53,316 nt of DNA from Erysipelotrichaceae bacterium (lineage in GTDB: Bacteria; Bacillota_I; Bacilli_A; RFN20; CAG-826), in the NCBI GenBank assembly GCA_022777645.1, contig JALFFX010000059.1, positions 1 to 53,316 on the forward strand. The letters are read 5' to 3'. This document shows positions 1-11,257 of this stretch, in pieces. The notes under the pieces are model-generated. The model saw nothing but the letters and a program-made list of their open reading frames with translations, searched no databases and had not been told where the DNA came from. The position numbers and the translations under genes were made by a program. Each line of letters begins with the position of its first letter. The first letter of the stretch is position 1.

Positions 1-624
1 CTTATCAGCATATTTTTTTATTTCTTCATCATGGCTTGCTACGATAATCAAATAATTTTTGCTTAATTTGTGCAATATCTCATATATCGATTTAGCATTT
101 TCTTCATCGAGAGCGCCAGTCGGTTCATCGCATAAAAGAATTTTAGGGGAATTACTTATCGCTCTTGCGATGGCAACGCGTTGCTTTTCTCCGCCACTTA
201 AATTGGCAACAATTTTATTTTTTAGGTGACTAATATGCAATAATTCAAAAGCGTCACTTACGCGCCTTGTTTTTATTCTTTTGACTAGTAAAGACGAGCA
301 AGAAAGTGGGAGCATGACATTATCAAATGCAGTCTCATCATTAATTAATGAAAAATTTTGAAAAACATATCCAATATTATTTATTCGATAATCTTTTAAT
401 TTGTTGCGCTTTAATTTTTGTATATTAATATTTTCAAAATATATTGAGCCATTATAATCTTGATCAACACCACTTATCATATTTAATAATGTCGATTTCC
501 CACATCCTGATTGTCCAATTAAGGCGACTAGACCTTTTCTTGGCAAGGAAAGATTTAAATTAAAAAATAATATTCTTTTATCGAAAGATTTTTCTTTGAT
601 ATTAATTTTTAAGATATCATTCAT
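1..624 (-). CDS. ABC transporter ATP-binding protein (LolD/MacB-like), runs off the window edge
   Basis: Hand translation from ATG at 624: MNDILKINIKEKSF...GQSGCGKST (Walker A)...LSGGEKQRVAIARA...ILLCDEPTGALD...VASHD. Not in the ORF track because it is open at the edge. Confidence 0.9.
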   Translation of the reverse strand, partial: MNDILKINIKEKSFDKRILFFNLNLSLPRKGLVALIGQSGCGKSTLLNMISGVDQDYNGSIYFENINIQKLKRNKLKDYRINNIGYVFQNFSLINDETAFDNVMLPLSCSSLLVKRIKTRRVSDAFELLHISHLKNKIVANLSGGEKQRVAIARAISNSPKILLCDEPTGALDEENAKSIYEILHKLSKNYLIIVASHDEEIKKYADK

Positions 625-2698
625 CCTTTAATTCCTCGCTTAAATTGATTTTTCGATATAAAAGAAGAGGCCCTATTGTAAAAATAAGAGTGATTAATAA
701 CGCGATTAATAGAATTAATAAAGGCAACGCGAAAGGAATGTTGTTGAACGATAAATAAGGGAAAATAATAAAATTTTTGATATTTAAAATATTGTAAAAA
801 TAATTATTGAGCAATATCTCTAAAGGAAAAATAAATAAACTAGCTAAAAGAAACGCGATTAATAATAAATAAATATTTTCTTTTGTATATATTTTTATTA
901 ACGAAATATTTCTCAAACCAAAACAAGTTAAAATTGCCGCCTCTTTTTTATGAGCAATAAAATTAGAAAAAGAAAACATCGCAATAATAAAACTAACACC
1001 AACAAAAGAGATAAAGGCAAAAACATATAAAAACGATATAAGAGAATTCATAAATTCAAAATATGCATCTTTTTTATCAAGACCACTAGAAGAGAACTTT
1101 AATTTGTTTTCACCATTGTTAAAATTTTTAATAAATTCAGAGAATTTAAATATTTCATCTTTGTTATTAATAAATATGGAATAGCTATAAGATGATAATG
1201 GATCATCATTTTCACATTCAACTAGATAGCGATAAGCTGATATGTCTTCGCCTTCGTATTCACTTGCTTTTTTTAATATTTTTTCTTCTAAATATTGTTT
1301 GATGAAGGAATATTCATAATATATTGTTGGTGTTTCTAAAAATGAAAATTCGTTAATGACACCTCTAACATTTCCTTTTAAGGAAATATCAATATTTTCT
1401 TTAATGAATGGATTGTTTTCATCACGAGTTTTATATTTTATTGTCACTTTATTAATAAAATTAATCGTCTCTAAAAATATATTTTCTTCTCCATTTAATT
1501 TTTCATATAAATTTTTATTGATATAAATTGGAAAAGAAGATGGCTCACTACTACTTTTAATTAATAAATCATCGATAAGTGATAAATCACCAAGTGGACA
1601 AAAATATATATTTTCAAAATCATCCCCCATAAAGGAAATAACATTTATCGAATTAATAAAATATTCAATGTTTGGCACGATTTGAATAGAATCAAATAAT
1701 TCTAATAAAAACAAACATTCTTCATTTTTTGGCCTTTCACTTTTCTCAAAACTTAATGATGAATTATCAATTTTAAAATATGTTGTATTTGAAATATTTG
1801 CATAACTAATAGAAGCAATATCATAAATGACTTGATTTCTTGAAATATTAAATCCGTTTGATATTCCAAAGCAAATAAACAAACACAATATTCCAAAACA
1901 CGTCGATAAAATTGATAAAAAGTTTTTCGTTTTATTTTGTTTGAAATGACTTTTGATTATTAATTTTGATGCTTTTTCTTTCCTAATATTTTGTTTTTTA
2001 ATATGTGTTATTGCTTTATCATTTGTTTTATTAAGCAATATTTCTTCTTTTATTTTCCCGCCTGCTAGGCAAATTATTTTATCGGCATATCTAGATACAA
2101 GACTTTCATCGTGAGAAACCATTATAACAAGGTGATTTAATGAAACGATTTTAAGCATATCCATCACAATTATCTTGTTATGAACATCAAGCGCTCCAGT
2201 TGGTTCATCCGCCAAGATGATTGGGCAATCAGTAATTAAGCTTCTAAGTATGGCAATTCTTTGCTTTTCTCCACCAGATAGAGATGACACCAACTGGTCT
2301 TTTAAATATAAGATGTTAAACCTTTCAAATAATTCTATTGCTTTTGTTTTTGCTTTATTTATTTTTTCACCCTTTATTAATAAAGGAATCATGACATTTT
2401 CTAAAGCAGAAAGATTCTCAATCAAATTATAATGTTGATATATAAAAGAAATAACGTTTGTATGAAACGAAGAGAAATCTTTATCTTTTAATTTAGTTAT
2501 ATTTTTATTGTTTATTAACATCTTACCTTTATCAGGCTTAACAATGCCAAAAATGATATTAAGAAGTGTTGATTTGCCACATCCTGATTTGCCTTTAATA
2601 ATGATTAAACCATTTTGAGGTAATGAAAAAGAAATATCATCTAAGACTATTTGGTTTTGATATTTTTTTGAAATGTTTAAAAGTTTAAAAAATGCCAC
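617..2698 (-). CDS. Fused ABC ATP-binding/permease protein (MacB/FtsX-like)
   Basis: GKSGCGKST, LSGGEKQR, ILADEPTGALD, then one TM helix, a large extracellular domain and three C-terminal TM helices. Confidence 0.9.
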   Translation of the reverse strand: MAFFKLLNISKKYQNQIVLDDISFSLPQNGLIIIKGKSGCGKSTLLNIIFGIVKPDKGKMLINNKNITKLKDKDFSSFHTNVISFIYQHYNLIENLSALENVMIPLLIKGEKINKAKTKAIELFERFNILYLKDQLVSSLSGGEKQRIAILRSLITDCPIILADEPTGALDVHNKIIVMDMLKIVSLNHLVIMVSHDESLVSRYADKIICLAGGKIKEEILLNKTNDKAITHIKKQNIRKEKASKLIIKSHFKQNKTKNFLSILSTCFGILCLFICFGISNGFNISRNQVIYDIASISYANISNTTYFKIDNSSLSFEKSERPKNEECLFLLELFDSIQIVPNIEYFINSINVISFMGDDFENIYFCPLGDLSLIDDLLIKSSSEPSSFPIYINKNLYEKLNGEENIFLETINFINKVTIKYKTRDENNPFIKENIDISLKGNVRGVINEFSFLETPTIYYEYSFIKQYLEEKILKKASEYEGEDISAYRYLVECENDDPLSSYSYSIFINNKDEIFKFSEFIKNFNNGENKLKFSSSGLDKKDAYFEFMNSLISFLYVFAFISFVGVSFIIAMFSFSNFIAHKKEAAILTCFGLRNISLIKIYTKENIYLLLIAFLLASLFIFPLEILLNNYFYNILNIKNFIIFPYLSFNNIPFALPLLILLIALLITLIFTIGPLLLYRKINLSEELKDE

Positions 2699-2754
2699 TT
2701 AATTTGCCGCCTATTTATTAATAGGCATTTTTTAGCAAAAAAGTGACAAAATTT

Positions 2755-2949
2755 TTAATCTTTTTTAACGCATTTATATTTTTGGTTGAATATATCGCGA
2801 GAAATTGTGATGACATTTCCGCATCCAAGGCATTTAATTTTTAAGTCAGCACCGACCCTTACGATTTGAAAAAGTTTTGATCTGGCAGCACACGGATGTG
2901 GTTTTTTCATTTCCACAATATCGTTTAATTGATAATTATAATCTTTCAT
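2755..2949 (-). CDS. DUF951 (YyzM-like) small protein
   Basis: DIVEMKKPHPC...RVGADLKIKCLGCG motif typical of DUF951. Confidence 0.85.
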   Translation of the reverse strand: MKDYNYQLNDIVEMKKPHPCAARSKLFQIVRVGADLKIKCLGCGNVITISRDIFNQKYKCVKKD

Positions 2950-4556
2950 TATTCGTCTTCCATTTTAACAGCTGCTGGAACTTTTGGTAATCCCGGCATT
3001 GTCATGATCGCGCCTGTATAACAAACGATGAATCCGGCGCCAGAAGATAATGACAAATCTTTAATGTGAATTGTATGACCTTCAGTAACCATATTGTTTT
3101 TTGCATTATCGGTTAATGAAAGTGGAGTCTTGGCCATACAAATTGGTAGTTTATCGCATTTATCTTTTTCATATAAAGCGATTTTTTCTAAAGCAAGTGA
3201 GGAATATTCAACATCTTTCGCACGATAAATCTCTTTAGCAATGGTTTCAATTTTTTCTTTGATGGAGGCGTTAACATCATACAAAGTATGATAATTATTT
3301 TTCATATCCAATAATTTCATAATCTTATTGGCAAAATCAACGGCGCCTTCACTACCTTTTAAATATGAATCAACAAAGCTGACTTCATAGCCATTATCTA
3401 AACACCATTTCTTCAAATAGTTAATTTCATTTTCTGAATCATCTTTGAAATGGTTGATTGCAACCATAACAGGAAGACCATATTTTTTCATGTTCTCGAG
3501 ATGGATTTTTAAATTAATAACGCCACTTGCTAAAGCATCAACGTTTTCATTTGCTAATTCTTCAAAGGCGACTCCGCCATGAGATTTTAGTGCTCTAATC
3601 GTGGCAACGACAACTACCGCATTAGGTTTAAAGCCACCTGAAGGAGCACATATATCTAAAAACTTTTCTGCGCCAAGATCAGCGCCAAAACCTGCTTCAG
3701 TAACAACAACATCCGCTAATTTTAAAGCTATATTTGTCGCAATGATTGAATTGCATCCATGAGCGATATTGGCAAATGGACCACCATGAATTAAAGCTGG
3801 ATTTCCTTCTAATGTTTGAACAATATTTGGTTTTAATGCTTGACGCATCAATTTCATAATAGCATTAGAAATACGAAGCGATTTTAAATAGACTGGTTTA
3901 TCAGAATAATCATAAGCAACAATTATATTGTTAATACGGCGTAAAAAATCTTTTTCATCTTTGCTTAAACACATAATTGCCATCAGTTCACTAGCGACAG
4001 TGATTTGGAAATGATCAATTCTTGGAGTTCCGTTTTTCTTACCTAATGCAACATTAACTTCACGTAAAGCGCGATCGTTCATATCAAGCGCTCTTTTCCA
4101 GGTAACTTTTTCTGGATTAATATTGAGTTCATTGCCTTGGAAAATATGGTTATCGATAATCGCGCTTATCAAGTTGATTGAGCTTGTTAAAGCGTGCATA
4201 TCACCTGTGAAATGAAGATTGATATCTTCACTTGGAATAACGCTTGCTTTACCTCCACCAGTCGCACCACCTTTCAAACCAAAAACTGGACCAAGTGATG
4301 GTTCTCTTAAACAAAGAAGAGAATTGACATTAATTCTTCTTAACCCATCGTGAAGAGCAATGCTCATTGTTGTTTTACCTTCACCGACCTTGGTTGGGGT
4401 AATTGCCGTGACAAGCACTAATTTGCCATTTTTGTTATTTTTAATTAAATTAAAAACTTTATCATTAATCTTTGCTTTATCATTGCCATATAAGTCAAGC
4501 ATTGATGGTGTGATATCTAATTTTTTAGCAATTGTTTTTATATTTTTGATTCGCAT
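2949..4556 (-). CDS. fhs: Formate--tetrahydrofolate ligase
   Basis: TAITPTKVGEGKTT, REPSLGPVFGLKGGATGGG, HGGPFANIAHGCNS, TEAGFGADLGAEKF, MTMPGLPK. Confidence 0.97.
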   Translation of the reverse strand: MRIKNIKTIAKKLDITPSMLDLYGNDKAKINDKVFNLIKNNKNGKLVLVTAITPTKVGEGKTTMSIALHDGLRRINVNSLLCLREPSLGPVFGLKGGATGGGKASVIPSEDINLHFTGDMHALTSSINLISAIIDNHIFQGNELNINPEKVTWKRALDMNDRALREVNVALGKKNGTPRIDHFQITVASELMAIMCLSKDEKDFLRRINNIIVAYDYSDKPVYLKSLRISNAIMKLMRQALKPNIVQTLEGNPALIHGGPFANIAHGCNSIIATNIALKLADVVVTEAGFGADLGAEKFLDICAPSGGFKPNAVVVVATIRALKSHGGVAFEELANENVDALASGVINLKIHLENMKKYGLPVMVAINHFKDDSENEINYLKKWCLDNGYEVSFVDSYLKGSEGAVDFANKIMKLLDMKNNYHTLYDVNASIKEKIETIAKEIYRAKDVEYSSLALEKIALYEKDKCDKLPICMAKTPLSLTDNAKNNMVTEGHTIHIKDLSLSSGAGFIVCYTGAIMTMPGLPKVPAAVKMEDE

Positions 4557-4557
4557 A

Positions 4558-5445
4558 TTATTCCCCCTTGTGCTCTTTAATAAATGAAATTAATTCCTCA
4601 TCATTTTTATAAAAAATAGTCGGAAATTGATGACGAATAAAAGTCATTTGTCTTTTAGCATAATTGCGACTGTTTTTCTTTATAAGTTCAATGGCGTCTT
4701 CAAGACTTATTTCATTATTTAAGTATGAAAATAATTCTTTATAACCAATTGCTTTGAAACAGTTTAAATTATGGTCATATTTATTATATAAATGTTTGAC
4801 TTCATCTAACAAGCCATGAGCAAACATTTCATCGACGCGATCGTTAATCCTTTTATATAATTTTTCGCGATCTAAATCACGGACAAAGAAAAATGTATCT
4901 TTATATATGAGTTCGTGTTTTTGTTCGCTTAACAATGTTGTTTTATTAATTTTATTTTCTTCATATATCGTTAAAGCGCGAATTATTCGCTTTCGGTTAT
5001 TGACATGAATCTTATTTGCTTCATCGATATCAATCTTTTTTAATAAATCGTGTAACTCAATATTACTTAAATTATCATATTTACTTAAATCAAGGTTGTT
5101 CTCGCTTTCTTTAAATTCATAATCATATAAAGCTGATCTAATATATAGTCCACTTCCACCGACAATGACAACATCTTTTTTTCTTGATAATATTTCCTCT
5201 ATTTTTTCTCTTAATAATTTTTGATATGTAAATATTGAAAATGAATCGGTTACAGGAATAAGAGAATATAAATGATGAGTGACTTGGCTAAGTTCATCCT
5301 TACTTGGTTTAGCCACTCCAATATCAAGTTCTTGATATATTTGAAAAGCATCACCATTGATGATTTCAGCATCAAAAGTTTTAGCGACTTCAATCGCGGT
5401 TTTACTTTTTCCTAACGCAGTTGGACCAGTTATAACAATAATCAT
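4558..5445 (-). CDS. miaA: tRNA dimethylallyltransferase
   Basis: GPTALGKS, DAFQIYQELDIGVAKP, VGGSGLYI, AIGYKE, RNYAKRQMT. Confidence 0.96.
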   Translation of the reverse strand: MIIVITGPTALGKSKTAIEVAKTFDAEIINGDAFQIYQELDIGVAKPSKDELSQVTHHLYSLIPVTDSFSIFTYQKLLREKIEEILSRKKDVVIVGGSGLYIRSALYDYEFKESENNLDLSKYDNLSNIELHDLLKKIDIDEANKIHVNNRKRIIRALTIYEENKINKTTLLSEQKHELIYKDTFFFVRDLDREKLYKRINDRVDEMFAHGLLDEVKHLYNKYDHNLNCFKAIGYKELFSYLNNEISLEDAIELIKKNSRNYAKRQMTFIRHQFPTIFYKNDEELISFIKEHKGE

Positions 5446-5753
5446 TCTAATATTTGTTTTATTTCTTTTAATAAATTATTAACTTCTTCATATAAAATTT
5501 GATAATTCACCACCAAAGGGTCATTATCAAATTCTTCTTTTAGTTTTAAATACTTTTCTTTAACGGCTTTATCATTATTTTTGCAGCTTTGATGTTGCAA
5601 TCTTTTTATATTTTTATCAAGATTTGATAATCTTTCGTTATCATTTATTTCTTGTTTTATTTTCAAAAATTCCTTTATTAAAGGAAGTGAATATAATTCT
5701 TCTTTTAATGAAAATAAAGCATTATCAAGATTAGGCATTGATAAGTTCACCAA
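5442..5753 (-). CDS. YlbF/YmcA (RicA-like) helical protein
   Basis: Coiled-coil protein with DPLVVNYQ...EVNNLL, directly downstream of miaB as ymcA/ricA is in Bacilli. Confidence 0.65.
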   Translation of the reverse strand: MVNLSMPNLDNALFSLKEELYSLPLIKEFLKIKQEINDNERLSNLDKNIKRLQHQSCKNNDKAVKEKYLKLKEEFDNDPLVVNYQILYEEVNNLLKEIKQILE

Positions 5754-7167
5754 TTAATGAATAAGTATGAGACACAATAATTTTGACATCAACAATTTTG
5801 CCAACAAGTGATAAATCACCTTTAAAATGGACTAATTTATTACCTTCGGTATAACCAGATAACATCGAACTATCTTTCTCACTTGCGCCTTCCACCAAAA
5901 CTTTAAACGTTTTGCCAACCATCGCCATACTTGATGCGGAAACACTTTTTTCAAGTTCAGCAACAAGTCTTTTAAAGCGCGATGATTTCTCTTCTCTTGT
6001 AACATTATCAACCATCTTAGCAGCAGGCGTGTTATTGCGAGGAGAATATATAAATGTAAAGGCTGAATCATATTGAGCAAATTTTACCATTTCAAGAGTT
6101 TCTTGGAATTGCTCTTCAGTTTCGTTTGGAAAACCGACAATGATATCAGTAGATAAATAAACGTCTTTGATCTTAGATCGAATAAGTGTCACCAATTGTT
6201 TATATTGATCACTTGTATATCTTCGACCCATCAATTTAAGTATTTCACTGCTTCCACTTTGAACAGGAAGATGAATGTATTTCATAATGTTGTCATATTT
6301 TGCAATGACATCAATCATTTCTTCTTTAAAATCCCAAGGATGTGAAGTTAAAAATCTAATGCGAGGAATATTAAGTTTTGCCACTTCTTCAAGAAGTTTT
6401 GCAAATGTTGTTCCATCTTTAAAATCTTTGCCATAGGCATTGACGTTTTGACCAAGCAAAGTCACTTCTTGATATCCAGCTTCTTTAAGTTCTCGACATT
6501 CATTTAAAATATCTTCCATCTTACGGCTTCTTTCTTTGCCGCGAGTATAAGGAACAATGCAATAAGTGCAAAATTTATCGCAGCCATAAGAAATGTTAAC
6601 AAATGCTTTAAAAGAAGAAAGACGAGTACTTGGAAGATTTTCTTCAATTAAAGAAGGTTGTGATTTAACATCTACTATTTTGTTTCTCTTTAAAATTATT
6701 TCATCGAGTAGTTTTGGCAAGTCCGTAATGTTATGAGTACCAAAAATCAAATCGACATGTTTATAAATATCTAAAATCTTGTTGATGATGTGGATTTGTT
6801 GAACCATACAACCACATATGGCAATAATCGCATTTTTATTTTTAGCTTTAATGGCTTTTAATTCACCAATTTTGCCAAAGACTTTATCTTCAGCATTTTC
6901 TCTAACTGCGCATGTATTAAGAATAATAATATCTGCGTTTTCATCATTAGCTTTAATAAAGCCTGCTTTTGTTAAAATGCCAGAAATAATTTCTTCGTCT
7001 CGATAATTGGCTTGGCAACCATATGTGTGAATATAATATGTTTTTCCTTTTGCATAATTAGATAATGTTTCTGAAATATTAATTTCATCATATGAAAAAG
7101 AAAAAGAAGTATTTCTTTGTCTTTGTAATTTTGCATCAGGAAGGGATTTAAATTCACATTTTGCCAT
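5731..7167 (-). CDS. miaB: tRNA-2-methylthio-N6-dimethylallyladenosine synthase
   Basis: TYGCQAN, LNTCAVRE, radical-SAM GCDKFCTYC, HLPVQSGS, TDIIVGFP and a C-terminal TRAM domain. Confidence 0.96.
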   Translation of the reverse strand: MAKCEFKSLPDAKLQRQRNTSFSFSYDEINISETLSNYAKGKTYYIHTYGCQANYRDEEIISGILTKAGFIKANDENADIIILNTCAVRENAEDKVFGKIGELKAIKAKNKNAIIAICGCMVQQIHIINKILDIYKHVDLIFGTHNITDLPKLLDEIILKRNKIVDVKSQPSLIEENLPSTRLSSFKAFVNISYGCDKFCTYCIVPYTRGKERSRKMEDILNECRELKEAGYQEVTLLGQNVNAYGKDFKDGTTFAKLLEEVAKLNIPRIRFLTSHPWDFKEEMIDVIAKYDNIMKYIHLPVQSGSSEILKLMGRRYTSDQYKQLVTLIRSKIKDVYLSTDIIVGFPNETEEQFQETLEMVKFAQYDSAFTFIYSPRNNTPAAKMVDNVTREEKSSRFKRLVAELEKSVSASSMAMVGKTFKVLVEGASEKDSSMLSGYTEGNKLVHFKGDLSLVGKIVDVKIIVSHTYSLIGELINA

Positions 7168-7169
7168 TT

Positions 7170-7955
7170 TTATTCACCTATTATTTTTATTAAGAATATT
7201 TCGCGACTTTTTTTGCTAACTTCGTCAACATCGATAACGACACCATTGAGGATATATTCACCTTGATCAAGAAGAGTGAAACGTTCGTTGTTGCCGAATA
7301 TTGTTTTGTTGATGACGCTATTGCGTTCAAAACCTAAGACGCCAGTATTAGATCCACACATTCCTGCATCAGAAATAAAGGCTGTACCTTTGTCTAATAT
7401 TTTGGCATCGTTTGTTTGAGTGTGTGTATGCGTTCCAATAACTGCGCTAACGCGTCCATCAAAAACATATCCAAAACACATCTTTTCGCCAGTTGCTTCG
7501 GCGTGGAAATCAACAATATGAATCGAATCTTCGTCTTTGATATCTTCGAGCAATTCATTTAATGATTGATAAGGGCTTTTAACCTCTTCTTTCATAAATG
7601 AAGCGCCAAGAACATTGCTAACACGAACAAGAACACCATTAACATCAAATAATTTTGTTCCTTCTCCACCGAAATCATTTAGCAAATTGAGTGGACGAAC
7701 CAAATTTAAAGCATCATCAATATATGCATCAATTTGATATTTCCCACGATAATGGTTTCCTAGCGTTATCGCATCAACACCAGAAGATAATAATTCTTCA
7801 TAATGTTTTTCGATCAAGCCTTTTCCGTGAGTGGCGTTTTCCGCATTTGCAATAACAAAATCAATTTGATGTTTCTTTATTAAAGAAGGAAGATTTGCTT
7901 TGACAGCATTTCTTCCAATTTTTCCAACAATATCACCTAAAAATAATATTCTCAT
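7170..7955 (-). CDS. ymdB: YmdB-family metallophosphoesterase
   Basis: GDIVG, NAENATHG, TLGNH, DFHAEATGEK, GTHTH; follows rny. Confidence 0.93.
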   Translation of the reverse strand: MRILFLGDIVGKIGRNAVKANLPSLIKKHQIDFVIANAENATHGKGLIEKHYEELLSSGVDAITLGNHYRGKYQIDAYIDDALNLVRPLNLLNDFGGEGTKLFDVNGVLVRVSNVLGASFMKEEVKSPYQSLNELLEDIKDEDSIHIVDFHAEATGEKMCFGYVFDGRVSAVIGTHTHTQTNDAKILDKGTAFISDAGMCGSNTGVLGFERNSVINKTIFGNNERFTLLDQGEYILNGVVIDVDEVSKKSREIFLIKIIGE

Positions 7956-9517
7956 TATTTTGCTGTTTCTATCGCACGATATTCACGAATAACCGATACT
8001 TTGATTTGACCAGGATAGGTCATTTCGTTTTCAATTCTTTCACGGATATCACGCGCAAGTTTAAAGGCTGCTAAGTCATCAACCTTATCAGGAATTACCA
8101 TGACACGAACTTCACGACCTGATTGCATGGCGTAGCATTGATATACACCTTCATATGATTTGCAAATAGTTTCAAGTTGTTCAATACGCTTAATATAATT
8201 TTCAAGAGTTTCGCTTCTTGCTCCTGGACGAGCCGCTGATAATGTATCTGCAGCTTGCACAAGATTAGCAATAATATATTTTGCTGGAACATCACCATGG
8301 TGAGATTCGATTGAATTGATAACAACATCTGGTTCACCATATTTTTTAGCAAGGCGAGCACCAAGTTCGACGTGGGAACCTTCTTGTTCGAAGTCAACGG
8401 ATTTACCAATATCATGAAGAAGTCCGGCGCGTTTTGCTAGATTTGGATCAAGTCCTAATTCGCTTGCCATAATACCTGCTAAATAAGCAACTTCCATAGA
8501 ATGGTCAAAGGCATTTTGACCATAAGAAGTACGATATTTTAATCTACCGATGTAAACGCTGAGTTCTTTGTTGATTTTTGGCAAGCCAAGTTTAAAGCAG
8601 GCTTCTTCACCAGCTTTGCGAATTGTTTCATCAATTTCTGCTTTGACTTTAGCTGTAACTTCTTCGATTCTTCCTGGTTGAATACGACCGTCTTTAATTA
8701 AAATATCTAGGACGCGTTTTGCTGTTTCTCTTCTAATTGGATTAAAGCAAGATACAGTGATAACTTCTGGTGTGTCATCAATAATTAAATCGACGCCGAG
8801 AAGTTGTTCTAATGAACGAATATTTCTTCCTTCACGACCAATGATTCTTCCTTTCATTTCATCGCTAGGAAGAGAGACTGTTGAAACAGTTTTTTCGGTA
8901 ACGACATCTTGCGAGAATTTTGAAATTGCATAACTTAAGATGTTTTTAGCTTTTTCTTCACATTCGGTTTTAGCTTCATCTTCACGGTTTTTGATATACG
9001 CCGCAATTTCCATCGACATTTTGCTTTCAACACGAGCAAAAATTTCATCACGTGCTTCTTTGACAGATAATTGAGCAACTTTTTCTAATTCAGAAATAAT
9101 CGAATCAATTTTTGTTTGAAGAACATTTTCTTTTTTATCGCATTCTTTTAAACGACGATTCAATAATTCATTTTTCTCTTCAAGAGCATTTTCTTTGTTG
9201 ATCAAATTAGCGTCACGCTTATCGATATTCGCTTCTCTTTGATTGAGTTTGTTTTCAAGCTGATAATATTCTTGTTTTCTTTCACGAATATCTTTTTCAG
9301 CTTCGTTGCGCATTTCTTGCACAGCTTGTTTGCCATCAATTTGGGCATTTTTTCTAATTTGTTCTGCCTTTATTTCTGCATCACGAATAATTTTGTCAGC
9401 TTTTTTAGCTGCGTTTTTGGCTTGTAAAGCCGGAATTATTTTGTACAAAACGAAGGTGACTAATGCACCTACGAATAAGGCGAGAACTATTAGAATGATT
9501 CCTAAAGTTAAATCCAT
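7955..9517 (-). CDS. rny: Ribonuclease Y
   Basis: N-terminal TM helix, coiled coil, KH domain ([13 protein letters not shown]) and HD domain (LLHDIGK). Start moved to ATG 9517, which has GGAGG upstream. Confidence 0.97.
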   Translation of the reverse strand: MDLTLGIILIVLALFVGALVTFVLYKIIPALQAKNAAKKADKIIRDAEIKAEQIRKNAQIDGKQAVQEMRNEAEKDIRERKQEYYQLENKLNQREANIDKRDANLINKENALEEKNELLNRRLKECDKKENVLQTKIDSIISELEKVAQLSVKEARDEIFARVESKMSMEIAAYIKNREDEAKTECEEKAKNILSYAISKFSQDVVTEKTVSTVSLPSDEMKGRIIGREGRNIRSLEQLLGVDLIIDDTPEVITVSCFNPIRRETAKRVLDILIKDGRIQPGRIEEVTAKVKAEIDETIRKAGEEACFKLGLPKINKELSVYIGRLKYRTSYGQNAFDHSMEVAYLAGIMASELGLDPNLAKRAGLLHDIGKSVDFEQEGSHVELGARLAKKYGEPDVVINSIESHHGDVPAKYIIANLVQAADTLSAARPGARSETLENYIKRIEQLETICKSYEGVYQCYAMQSGREVRVMVIPDKVDDLAAFKLARDIRERIENEMTYPGQIKVSVIREYRAIETAK

Positions 9518-9744
9518 ATAGTCCTCCATTTTAAAAAGTTTAAAACTTTATTAATTATTACCAGATGTTGCCTATTGAAAAAATCATGGGCATATTATTT
9601 AAGTTAAAATTGGGCAAAACCCGAATTAATAAATTATAAAGGTAATAAGTATCAAAACGATACGTTAATATTATAACCAATAAAATATTATTTTTGAATA
9701 ATAAAAGCAAAAACTATCTAAGAACTACATAATTGACGGAAATT

Positions 9745-9768
9745 AAAAAAAGACAACAAAGTTGTCTT
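9745..9768 (-). terminator. Intrinsic terminator after recA
   Basis: aagacaac-aaa-gttgtctt hairpin followed by a T-run on the minus strand. Confidence 0.7.
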
Positions 9769-9769
9769 C

Positions 9770-10750
9770 TTAGTTTTCTTTTATTTTGGCGATAAGTTCA
9801 TCAGCAATTTCTGGATGTTCTTCTAAATATCTTCGCCCTTGATCTTTACCATTTGCGAATCTTTCGCCATTGTATTCAAACCATGAGCCAGATTTAGTTA
9901 AGATTCCTTTTTCAACACCTAATTCAAGGATTTCTCCATTGCGATTAATACCTTTGCCAAAAATAATATCGATTTGACAAGATCTAAATGGAGGGGCAAC
10001 TTTGTTTTTAACAATTTTAACGTTGACTGTATTGCCGACTATGCTTGTGCCATTTTTAATCGCTTCGCTGCGACGAATATCAATTCGCACTGAAGCATAA
10101 AATTTTAAAGCACGTCCACCAGTGGTTGTTTCTGGGTTGCCGTATAAGACTCCAACTTTTTCACGTAATTGGTTAATAAAAATAACTGTACAAGAATGTG
10201 AATTTAAAATTCCAGCAAGTTTGCGCATAGCTTTTGACATTAAACGGGCTTGTAAACCGACTTGATTATCTCCCATTTCGCCATCTAATTCAGCTTGTGG
10301 CACTAAAGCGGCAACGCTATCGACGACAATAATGTCAAATGCACCACTATTGGCAAGCATTTCAACAATTTCTAATGCCTCTTCTCCACATCCTGGTTGC
10401 GATAAAATTAAATCATCAATATTAACACCAAGATTTTTGGCATAAAGTGGATCGATGGAATGTTCAGCATCGACGAAAGCTGCTCTTCCACCCTTTTTTT
10501 GCGCCTCCGCAATCGCGTGAAGTGCTAAAGTGGTCTTGCCACTAGATTCAGGACCATAGATTTCAATGATACGTCCTTTCGGATACCCGCCAACACCTAA
10601 AACAGAGTCAAGCAATAATGAACCAGAAGGAATGACATCGACATCGATGTTTGGACGATCTCCAAGGCGCATAATCGAGCCTTTTCCAAAAGCGTGTTCA
10701 ATTTCTTTTAGTGCTTCTTCAAGTGTTGGTTGAGTTGTTTCTTTTTTCAT
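9770..10750 (-). CDS. recA: Recombinase A
   Basis: [51 protein letters not shown]. Confidence 0.99.
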   Translation of the reverse strand: MKKETTQPTLEEALKEIEHAFGKGSIMRLGDRPNIDVDVIPSGSLLLDSVLGVGGYPKGRIIEIYGPESSGKTTLALHAIAEAQKKGGRAAFVDAEHSIDPLYAKNLGVNIDDLILSQPGCGEEALEIVEMLANSGAFDIIVVDSVAALVPQAELDGEMGDNQVGLQARLMSKAMRKLAGILNSHSCTVIFINQLREKVGVLYGNPETTTGGRALKFYASVRIDIRRSEAIKNGTSIVGNTVNVKIVKNKVAPPFRSCQIDIIFGKGINRNGEILELGVEKGILTKSGSWFEYNGERFANGKDQGRRYLEEHPEIADELIAKIKEN

Positions 10751-10786
10751 AAATATTTTTCTCCCTTTCGCAATTATTAATAGGGG

Positions 10787-11257
10787 TTATTTGTGTTTAT
10801 TTTTAACATTTTGTAAGACAAATTCGATCATTTCTTTAATAGACATACTGCGTATGTCGTTTCTATCGCCTTTGAGATTAATTTTTTTGAATATTGATTT
10901 GTCATCAAAAGCAAGACCGATATAGATTTCGCCGACTTCTTTATTTCCTTTATCAACGCTTGGACCAGCGTTACCTGTAATTGAAAGGCAAACATCAACA
11001 TTTAAAGAAACCTTACCACCTTGTGCCATTTCAAGTGCGACTTCAGGCGAGACGACACTATATTTGTCGATTGTTTCTTTTTTAACATTTGCAAAACGAA
11101 TTTTTTCTTCAGCAGCATATGTTATTAAGCTTCCTTTATAAAAAGAAGAAACACCAGGATATGAAGTTAAAGTAGCAGCAAATAAACCACCAGTCATCGA
11201 TTCTACTGTGCCAAATGTTAAGTTGTTTTCTTTGAGTAATTTAATTAATCGTTCCAT
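10787..11257 (-). CDS. CinA C-terminal domain / NMN deamidase PncC-like protein
   Basis: TVESMTGG, VVSPEVALEMA, SITGNAGP; lies between pgsA and recA. Confidence 0.9.
   Translation of the reverse strand: MERLIKLLKENNLTFGTVESMTGGLFAATLTSYPGVSSFYKGSLITYAAEEKIRFANVKKETIDKYSVVSPEVALEMAQGGKVSLNVDVCLSITGNAGPSVDKGNKEVGEIYIGLAFDDKSIFKKINLKGDRNDIRSMSIKEMIEFVLQNVKNKHK

Noticed and set aside
10751-10790. LexA (GAAC-N4-GTTC) box before recA
   Set aside because: None found in the short spacer; recA appears to be internal to an operon, so the absence is uninformative.
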